Positions 1-8,860 of a DNA stretch of 64,000 bases are shown piece after piece. Position 1 is the first letter of the stretch; each line of letters starts with the position of its first letter. The translations under genes were made by a program, and so were the position numbers. This DNA is from the human T2T-CHM13v2.0 reference genome, Homo sapiens, in assembly GCF_009914755.1 (NCBI RefSeq), contig NC_060943.1; one strand, given 5' to 3'. The notes below the pieces were generated by a model, which had not been told where the DNA came from, did not search any database, and worked only from the letters and a program-made list of their open reading frames with translations.

Positions 1-215
1 ATGCCATTCTCCTGCCTCAGCCTCCCAAAGAGCTGGGACTACAGGCGCCCGACACCACGCCCAGCTAAGGTTTTTGCATTTATTATTTTTTTTTTTTGTA
101 GGGACGGGCTTTCACCGTGTTAGCCAGGACGGTCTCGATCTCCTGCCCTCGTGATGCACCCGCCTGAGCCTCCCGAAGTGCTCGGATTACAGGCATGAGC
201 CACCATGCACGGCCC
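1..215 (-). mobile_element. AluY-like SINE, truncated by the window start (equivalent to 7363-7671)
   Basis: Antisense Alu text: gccattctcctgcctcagcctccc...gctgggactacaggcgccc...tttcaccgtgttagccagga...ggattacaggcatgagccacc. Confidence 0.92.
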
Positions 216-620
216 AGAAATGGAGATTTTTGAGCAAACACATTAAAGAAAAGAAACGCAAATAGACGAAACTCATTTTAACATTTTTATTTAACCCAAG
301 GAATACAGATATAATCAACACCAATACAATTGATGTCACAGTGATGACTAAGATACATGCTACAATCCTTCATTCTCAGATGCAAAATCTAGTATGTGTT
401 TTACAGCAAACGTCAGTTGGAAACTGAACGTCGATCACACATGCTTGATGTGCATGTCAATTTCATGAGAGTTACAATCTCAGGAGAAGTCTCACATAGC
501 GTAAGAGTCCAAACATACCTTCAAGTGTTTCGACAAGTTCTTCACTACTCATTCTTAGAACTGAATTTACCAACAACAATCCCAGCCTATTCATTGCTGA
601 ACTGCATCCCATTGAAAGAA
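216..620. mobile_element. Old hAT-Charlie DNA transposon relic (Charlie5/MER33-like); recurs in each unit
   Basis: Segments cacattaaagaaaagaaac...ttttatttaacccaa, aaatctagtatgtgttttacagca and ccaaacatacc resemble the recalled MER33/Charlie5 consensus. Its left end (tccagtagaaata, ~7002-7015 in the next unit) is separated by two Alus. Boundaries approximate. Confidence 0.6.
286..291 (-). terminator. Candidate polyadenylation signal AATAAA for the PRR23D-like gene
   Basis: tttatt on + strand; the first canonical AATAAA I found downstream of the stop at 1405 (~1.1 kb 3'UTR); T/GT-rich sequence follows on the minus strand. Confidence 0.4.
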
Positions 621-1404
621 TGGGTCACAGTTCCTCTCTCTAGACACTGTGGAACGACATTGAAGGCCCCTCCATCTTTTGGCGATTGTGAGGACAGGTG
701 CTAGAAGCCTCTGCCCTCAGCCTTGTCCACGTGAGTTCTAATTCCTTTAGAACAACTATCTCAGGGTGGGAAAGATGGTTCCAATGCTAAGTGCCTATTG
801 CATTGATTATGAATCAATGAAACTCTTTCTCCCTGGGGGTTGTCCCAGTTGGATTCCAAGCAGCACTGTCAGAGTGTTCCAGCTTCTCCACATGCTCCGC
901 AGCCCTTGGGATGGTGAGTGATTGTCACGGTGGCTTCTGGGAGAGCTTCTTGGTTGTGGTTGAAGGTGTATTTGACGTGCATTTCCCCAGGGGAGGGACA
1001 GTGAACGCTTTTTGAAGTGGTTCTTTACATCCCCTTTGAGGAAATGTCTGCTCAAGTCTCTGGCTGGGTTTTGAACAGAATCATTTGTTTGTCCCATTGG
1101 AGTTTTGACAACTCTGTGTATTCTGAGTATGAGCAGTCCTTGCACGTATATGAGATTTGCAAATATTTTGTGCCCCAATCTCAAGGTTGCTCTTTGATAC
1201 AAATCAAGAGCATCTGAGGCAGAGCAAAGGTTCAGGTGAGAGGACGGAGCATTTCTCCACCTCTCCAGCATGCGCAGCATCTCTCTCCTCCGAGATGCCG
1301 AGACATGTGTGCAGGGAGACACCATGAAAAAGCAGGTGTGCTTCATTCTGAATAGAGCGTCTCTGATTCCCGTCTGGTGCGTGAGGGTGCATGGCCCATG
1401 AGCC

Positions 1405-3799
1405 TTAGAAGAGACGTCTTCGGGCCTTGCACGTTGGCCTCCATAGAAACTTGTGGCAAATTCTGGGCTCCGGACTGGGTGATGGAGGTAGAGGTCTGAG
1501 GGCAGAGGTGGGCAGGGGCTCCAGGCCGTGGAGATCCAAGTGGAATTCTTCAGGCAGAGCCTGTCTCCAGGGACTAGGCTTGGGCATTTGGGATGAGCCC
1601 TGGGGGACGGCCGCTCTGTAGTCAGGTTTGAGGTAGAGGACACGCCAGGAAGAAGGGCTGACTCCATGCACAAGGTTTGCTGGGGGTCCCATCAGGGGCA
1701 GGAAGCCTTGGGGAGCCTCACCCTCTTCTACTGAAGGCGCCACACACACATTCTCTGCTCTCTGGGCTCTCACAGATCCATTTTCAATGTCAATCTCCCA
1801 GACAGTCTCTGTACTAGTGAGCAGGAGCCAGCGGGCATGGGCAGGGTACAAGAGATCCTTCAGGGACATCAAGAGTTGCTCAGGGACCACCAGGAGCTGC
1901 ACATTGAGGAGGCTGAGTCGCAGGGCTCCCTGTGGGTCCAGCCCCAGGAACTCCTGCCCCAGGCGCAGGTGCAGGACCATTCCTGGTTCCAAGACCGCGA
2001 TGATCATCTTCCTCTGGGGAAGCTGTGGGCCCTGGGGGAGAAAAGCCGTGGGTCAGTCATTGTCCTCTGAGGGTGGCTCAAACAGGGAGAGAGCAAGGCG
2101 GGGAGCTGCCAGTAACTTCCCCAGGCATAAATGAAACCCCGCAGGGACACCCAGAATTGGCACCTGTATTGACGCCCCTTGGGACGGTGATTTCCTGCAA
2201 GTCCCCTAGGGCCTGGAGCTCAGGCAGACCTGTCTCACCCACGCCCACCTAGGTGGTGTGACCTTACCTGGGGCAGCTCCAGGGGCAGCTGTGCAGGGTG
2301 GTGGGGAGCTGGCTGTACCGGAGCTGGTTCTGCACCTGTGGAGAGAGCAGAGTGTGCAGGTGAAAGCCCTTGTCATGCAGGATGCCCTTGAGGGTTCAAG
2401 GTGCCACCGTGAGAAAGACCAAATACAGAAGAAGCCAGGTACAGGACACCCAGCCACGGAGCTGCAGGAGGAAGCTCCCGACACTCTGGACAGCACAGCT
2501 GCTCGCCTCATGACGTGACGGGACACTGGCTTGGTAGCAGGGGACTCAGGATGAAAAAGAGAAGATGCCTCACCTGGATGAGGACCCAGCTCCTCCACTT
2601 TCTGGCGTTTTGGGGCATTTGATGGCGTGCCGCTGGAGCTGTAGGACAGAGAGACACAGTCAGATTTCGGGCAGTTCCCTAACGTCCAATTCCCTGAATC
2701 CCCACAAATTCACTCCACTTCCCTGCCTTTCATTCAAGGCCACAGACTCGTCATCCACTTCCTGTGAGACCTGCTCCCAATCTGTCCTAACTCCCAGCTG
2801 TTCTTGTTCTCACCCCATCTACCTGAGCTTCCCTGGGTGAAGAAAAGGCAGGGAAGGAGGGTCGGTGCCCACAGGGAGCAGTTTACCCTTTCAGGAGCTC
2901 ATGCAGATGAGAGTTGGAAAACTCTCCTTGGGTGTGAGGAGCTGGAGAAAGATGTTGAGATCCCGGAGAGGTGGCACCTCTGTCTACACAGGTAACAAAG
3001 GAATGGGGTCTTAGGATTCGAATCACAGCAGGAGAAGAGGAAGGAATTTGTCGGGCATGACGGCATGCGCCTGTAATCCCAGCACTTTGGGAGGCCAAGG
3101 TCGGAGGATTGCTTGAGTCCAGGAGTTTGAGAGCAGCCTGGGCAACATGGTGAAAGCTAGTCTCCACTAAAAATACTAAACATTAGTGGGTCATGGTGGT
3201 GCATGCCTGTGGTCTCACCTACTCAGGAGGCTCAGGTGGGAGGATCACCTGCGACTCAGAGGTGGAGCCCGCAGTCAGCTAAAATCACGCCACTGCACTC
3301 CAGTGTGGACCATCGGAGTGAGACGCTGTCTCAATAAAATAAATCAGTAAATAAGACAAATAGAAAAATTAAAAATGAAAAAAGGAGGAAACTGTTTTAT
3401 TTTTCCTAGTAGATCTTGAAACTCTCACATCATGTCCTACAATCTCCCTTCTTGCAGAACACAGAACCCATTCCCTGTGGAGCTGGTTGGGTGGATTGAA
3501 AGTGGGGCTGCCCTGAGATATGTGTGTGGTTGCGATGTAGAAGCCTTCCCAGCACCCTGTGATGACTTACGGGCACCTCACTTCCCTCTGGCCCCAAATT
3601 CAAAACATCCAATCTCATGGCAGGTTCATGCACCCTTTTCCCTTCCCCTCTCTCCAACACACACCCACACATCCCACAGGCAGGTCACCCCGCAGGCGTC
3701 CCCAGCACATAGCAAAGCTCACCCGCTCTCTCCTGCGTGGTCGCTCTTGGATTCGGTGCAGGAATCACTGGGGCTTCTTGGGCGCCGGGAACCTTTCAT
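1405..3799 (-). CDS. PRR23D-like proline-rich protein, copy 1; 4 coding exons 3799-3723, 2638-2574, 2335-2268, 2031-1405; 278 aa
   Basis: ttcaccATG start. Junctions: GG|gtgagc...tctctgtcctacag|C (phase 2), G|gtgagg...tgctctctccacag|GT (phase 1), CAG|gtaagg...ttttctcccccag|GGC (phase 0). 77+65+68+627=837 nt open to TAA. Product [87 protein letters not shown]...[31 protein letters not shown]. Family call rests on recalled PRR23D1 motifs (RRxRSP, PKRxxVE, LELPQ, LHGxE, LRPxPPSPSP, ARRxLF). Confidence 0.85.
3051..3345 (+). mobile_element. AluJ-like SINE in intron 1, antisense to the gene; recurs in each unit
   Basis: gcctgtaatcccagcactttgggaggccaagg...ggattgcttgagtccaggagtttgag (AluJ-type), dimer linker ctaaaaatac, A-rich tail. 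Confidence 0.92.
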
Positions 3800-4278
3800 G
3801 GTGAAAATTTCCAGGGTTCTCCAAGTCAGCCACTGCCAGTGTTTGTCTGTCTCCTGCAAAGATTTCTTCTTGGCTCCCGAATCCTTTAGTTCCTTTGAGA
3901 GAGTGGTGTCAGCCCCAAAGCTGCTCCCGAAGGCTTGGGTTGTGTAGCGACGGGGCTGTGGCCAGCGGCAGGTGGATGAGGCTCTGACAACTGAGCTCTT
4001 GGGGGAATCTTGTACACTGTCAGCAGGGGGTGGAGCCAGGGGATTTGTCAGCAGGAACTGATGTGATTGGCTGTTCCTGGTATGACAACGGGAGGGGCCC
4101 TCATGGAGGATTGGGGCGTAACTCAATCCATAGATGACCGATCAACAGAACCTGCCTAATCCCATCAAGAGCCAACCTGTTTCCTGTCCCCTCCCATCCT
4201 CTAGGTCTTGCCTAATAATGATAGACACTTTCTGTCATACCCAATTCAATCATCGCTGAAATAGTTTTTCATGTGTGC

Positions 4279-4286
4279 CTTTTATA
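4279..4286 (-). promoter_or_regulatory. Candidate TATA box (TATAAAAG) about 480 bp upstream of the ATG
   Basis: cttttata on + strand = TATAAAAG on the gene strand; retained in all 9 copies. Confidence 0.45.
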
Positions 4287-4572
4287 TTTTCATGCAATAA
4301 AAATATGTTAATTTTCACGGTGGCCATCCTGGGGAATGCTATGTACATGAAATGAAGTGTCAAAGGAGCAGAAGCAGAAGGAAATTCACAAGCTTCTCTG
4401 AGCGTCTCTGCTTCAATTCCTGCCATGTTTCCTAAATATGTTGGCTTCTTTCTTCCTACCCAAGTAAGAAGGTGCTTCAGAAGATCAATCTTATGGCATT
4501 TGACAAACCCTGCTGAGAATTTCAGGATGACACGAAGGAACCTTTGATTGGATTTGTGGATGTGCCTGTGAA

Positions 4573-4575
<3 letters not shown>

Positions 4576-4614
<39 letters not shown>
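4576..4614 (+). repeat. (GT)n microsatellite, length varies between units
   Basis: (GT)19 here; (GT)24 at 12036, (GT)25 at 19504, (GT)21 at 26975, shorter and interrupted at 34435 and ~41889, (GT)25 at 49343, (GT)21 at 56808. Confidence 0.98.
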
Positions 4615-4616
<2 letters not shown>

Positions 4617-4744
4617 GCCAGGATGAAGTGGCTGTTCCTGGGGTGGAGACCCTTCTTTCTCTTGAGAATGTTCATTGCTGTTGACTCATTGTGGGTTTTG
4701 GAGATATTTTCTCTCTTTCTTTCGTTCTTTCAGACATTTTTTGC

Positions 4745-4891
4745 TTTCTCCCTCCCTGGATCCTAACCCCCCTCCATCCCCCCCCTCACTCCCTCCCTCC
4801 TTGTTTCCATCCTTCCTCCCTCCCTTCCCTCTTTCCTTCCTTCCTGCCTTCTTCCCTTCCCCTTCCCCTCTTCCTTCTGTCCTTCCTTCCT
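4745..4891 (+). repeat. CT-rich low-complexity tract (CCCT/CCTT)
   Basis: About 145 bp of nearly pure pyrimidine: ccctccctcc...ccttccttcc. Confidence 0.9.
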
Positions 4892-5269
4892 GTGTGTAAA
4901 AGAAAAATTGGTGAATAGAAGAATAATTGAATAACTGCCTGAGTCACTTATACATTTCTCATCTCACTCTGGGGACACAGAAGACCGTGTTGTACTCATC
5001 TCCTCGATTTTAAAAACAGTCATTCTAAAATCAAGGATTCTAGATGTATCACTTCTAGGCGAAATCTTGAAAGAGAATGTGTAAGAGTTTCATGTGCTCT
5101 TCATCTCTATGATCACAATTGAAGAAGGCAGGAGGTTGAGATGCTGCATCGCCAAGATCGTGGTGATTCCATTATCATTACCCTTGTAACTTGTGAGCAT
5201 CCTTACTGCCAGCAATCATTATTAGATATGGAATCTGATATAGGAGTTCATATTTACTGTATGAATATC

Positions 5270-5563
5270 TTGGTGTGGGAGTGTTGGCTCATGCCTGTAA
5301 TCCCAGTGCTTTGGGAGGCAGAGGCAGGAGGCTCGCTTGAACCCAGGAGTTCGAGACAAGCCGGAATAGCATGGCGAGACCCTCGTCTCTACAAAAATGT
5401 AAAAATCAGCCAAGTGTGCTGGTAGGTGCCTGTAGTCTCAGCTCCTTAGGAGGCTGAAGTGTTAGGATCGCTTTCGCCCGGGATGTAATGGCTACAGGGA
5501 GTCGAGATCTTGCCACTGAACTTCAGCCTGGGCAACAGAGCAAGACTCTCTCTCAAAAATAAA
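5270..5563 (+). mobile_element. Diverged AluJ-like SINE; recurs in each unit
   Basis: ggctcatgcctgtaatcccagtgctttgggaggcagaggcaggagg...cgcttgaacccaggagttcgagac...cagcctgggcaacagagcaagactct. Confidence 0.9.
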
Positions 5564-5583
5564 ATGCTTTTTCCTTTAGGCTT

Positions 5584-5856
5584 AAATTCTAACACTGAAA
5601 CCTCCAAAGCGGAGGTATTAGGAGGTGGGGCCCTTGGGAGATGATGAGATTATGAAAGTGGAACCCTCGTAAATGGGATTAGTGCCCTTCTGAAAGTGAC
5701 GGAAGAGAGCTCGCCAGCACCTTCCATGTGGGGAGACAGGGAGGATATGACAGTCTCCAACCTGGAAGAGGGTCCTCACCAGACCCCGATCATGCTGGCA
5801 CTCTCATCGTGGACTTCCGGCCTCCAGAACTCTGATCAACAAATGTGTGTTCTTAA
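5584..5856 (+). mobile_element. ERVL-MaLR LTR fragment (MLT1A/MSTD-like); recurs in each unit
   Basis: ggtattaggaggtggggccc, aatgggattagtgccctt, gccctcacca-like ggtcctcaccagac, gctggcac...tggacttcc.gcctccagaact are hallmark MaLR LTR blocks. Confidence 0.8.
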
Positions 5857-6020
5857 AGAAAAAAAAAGTGTGGAAAGCAATGTTAATGTTCCCAATCACT
5901 TTGAGTACATTCTTTCCTTAACTATGTCTTAATGCATAGTTGTGTTGGATGGCCTAGTTTGTAATGTTAGAATATGCATGTTAGTGAATTAATAAATACA
6001 GCAGTAAAGAATAGAGTTGT

Positions 6021-6323
<303 letters not shown>

Positions 6324-6329
6324 AGAAGG

Positions 6330-6600
6330 CTGTTTGTTGACCATTTGAGTGGCCAGTCTTGGTGCTTCCTGGTGGGCGAGGAGAGCCCTGCCCCATTCCT
6401 ACCCATTCCAGTAGTCATGGCATAAGAGTGATTCTCACTTTCTGCTATAGCCTCCTTATCCATTGGCTGAAATGATTCTTTTTTAATATGTCTTATAAAT
6501 GCTTCCATAGCAAAAAAAATTGAATTGACTTTTATAGGGACTCTTTCGGGGATTGTTACCCATCATTCCATAATTTGTTTGTACTCCTAGAAAAGGGAAG
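6330..6600 (-). mobile_element. Possible ancient L1M (L1MC-like) 3' fragment
   Basis: Minus-strand ggaagcatttat...cagccaatggataaggagg...gagaatcac resembles recalled old L1MC 3'UTR text; by-eye match only. Confidence 0.35.
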
Positions 6601-7038
6601 TATGCCGAGCACAGTGGATATTTCGTCTCAAATAATAAATAAATAACCAAATAGAAAAGAAAGAAAAGGAAGTAAAGGGAAATATACAAATATACAAGGT
6701 GTTAGGAGAGAGTTGCTAATCGTGATTCCCCCTTAATTGTCCAAACAGACCACCTCTGGGGATCTATTCGTAAAAGACTCGTTAGAAGTGCAGACTCATG
6801 CATTTGAGAATCACTCAGGGAAATCTGAAGATGACCTGTGGTGGGGGTGTAAATGGATACTTAAATGTGTCTTGTGATTGTGTGAGAGTGTGACTGTGTG
6901 TTTGTGTGTGTGCTGTCATCTGTGGAGTGGGGGATCCTCTTTTGCCTTGAGAAAGCTCATCTCTGTCCACTTACTCTGGGCTCTACCATCTGTGCCTTGT
7001 ATCCAGTAGAAATAAAACAGTTTGCGGCAGAAATGGAG

Positions 7039-7345
<307 letters not shown>

Positions 7346-7362
7346 AGAAATGGAGATTTTTG

Positions 7363-7671
7363 TTCTTCTTTTGATGAGACGGAACCTCGCACTGTGGCCC
7401 AGGCTGGAGTGCAGTGGAGTGACCTCGGCTCACTGCAAGCTCTGCCTCCTGGGGTCATGCCATTCTCCTGCCTCAGCCTCCCATAGAGCTGGGACTACAG
7501 GCGCCCGACACCACGCCCAGCTAAGGTTTTTGCATTTATTATTTTTTTTTTTTGTAGGGACGGTCTTTCACCGTGTTAGCCAGGACGGTCTCGATCTCCT
7601 GCCCTCGTGATGCACCCGCCTGAGCCCCCCGAAGTGCTCGGATTACAGGCATGAGCCACCATGCACGGCCC
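7363..7671 (-). mobile_element. AluY-like SINE, antisense; recurs in each unit
   Basis: ctgcaagctctgcctcc, gccattctcc, ttagccagga.ggtctcgatctcctg..ctcgtgat (AluY-type diagnostics); 17-bp target-site duplication agaaatggagatttttg at 7346-7362 and 7672-7688. Confidence 0.92.
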
Positions 7672-8860
7672 AGAAATGGAGATTTTTGAGCAAACACATT
7701 AAAGAAAAGAAACGCAAATAGACGAAACTCATTTTAACATTTTTATTTAACCCAAGGAATACAGATATAATCAACACCAATACAATTGATGTCACAGTGA
7801 TGACTAAGATACATGCTACAATCCTTCATTCTCAGATGCAAAATCTAGTATGTGTTTTACAGCAAACGTCAGTTGGAAACTGAACGTCGATCACACATGC
7901 TTGATGTGCATGTCAATTTCATGAGAGTTACAATCTCAGGAGAAGTCTCACATAGCGTAAGAGTCCAAACATACCTTCAAGTGTTTCGACAAGTTCTTCA
8001 CTACTCATTCTTAGAACTGAATTTACCAACAACAATCCCAGCCTATTCATTGCTGAACTGCATCCCATTGAAAGAATGGGTCACAGTTCCTCTCTCTAGA
8101 CACTGTGGAACGACATTGAAGGCCCTTCCATCTTTTGGCGATTGTGAGGACAGGTGCTAGAAGCCTCTGCCCTCAGCCTTGTCCACGTGAGTTCTAATTC
8201 CTTTAGAACAACTATCTCAGGGTGGGAAAGATGGTTCCAATGCTAAGTGCCTATTGCATTGATTATGAATCAATGAAACTCTTTCTCCCTGGGGGTTGTC
8301 CCAGTTGGATTCCAAGCAGCACTGTCAGAGTGTTCCAGCTTCTCCACATGCTCCGCAGCCCTTGGGATGGTGAGTGATTGTCACGGTGGCTTCTGGGAGA
8401 GCTTCTTGGTTGTGGTTGAAGGTGTATTTGACGTGCATTTCCCCAGGGGAGGGACAGTGAACGCTTTTTGAAGTGGTTCTTTACATCCCCTTTGAGGAAA
8501 TGTCTGCTCAAGTCTCTGGCTGGGTTTTGAACAGAATCATTTGTTTGTCCCATTGGAGTTTTGACAACTCTGTGTATTCTGAGTATGAGCAGTCCTTGCA
8601 CGTATATGAGATTTGCAAATATTTTGTGCCCCAATCTCAAGGTTGCTCTTTGATACAAATCAAGAGCATCTGAGGCAGAGCAAAGGTTCAGGTGAGAGGA
8701 CGGAGCATTTCTCCACCTCTCCAGCATGCGCAGCATCTCTCTCCTCCGAGATGCCGAGACATGTGTGCAGGGAGACACCATGAAAAAGCAGGTGTGCTTC
8801 ATTCTGAATAGAGCGTCTCTGATTCCCGTCTGGTGCCTGAGGGTGCATGGCCCATGAGCC

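Noticed and set aside
396-704. 102-aa plus-strand ORF present in all units
   Set aside because: GTG start inside a decayed DNA transposon; its recurrence only reflects near-identity of the units.
807-1673. 288-aa minus-strand ORF, the longest in the track, overlapping the last exon in another frame
   Set aside because: Called from a TTG, no recognisable family, and broken by a stop in copies 2, 3 and 8 by the same SNV that is only missense (P252T) in the PRR23-like frame.
1405-2007. 200-aa ORF as a stand-alone intronless (retrocopy) gene
   Set aside because: The frame continues 8 codons upstream to a strong acceptor at 2032-2033, and three upstream exons supply the family's N-terminus; it is the last exon.
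2206-2661. 130/151-aa minus-strand ORF as a separate gene
   Set aside because: Only the 65-nt exon 2 part is in the coding frame; the rest is intron read-through, and its start varies with a 4-bp indel between copies.
3719-4126. 135-aa ORF as an N-terminal extension
   Set aside because: It is called from a TTG; the first in-frame ATG is at 3799 with good Kozak context and matches the recalled family N-terminus.
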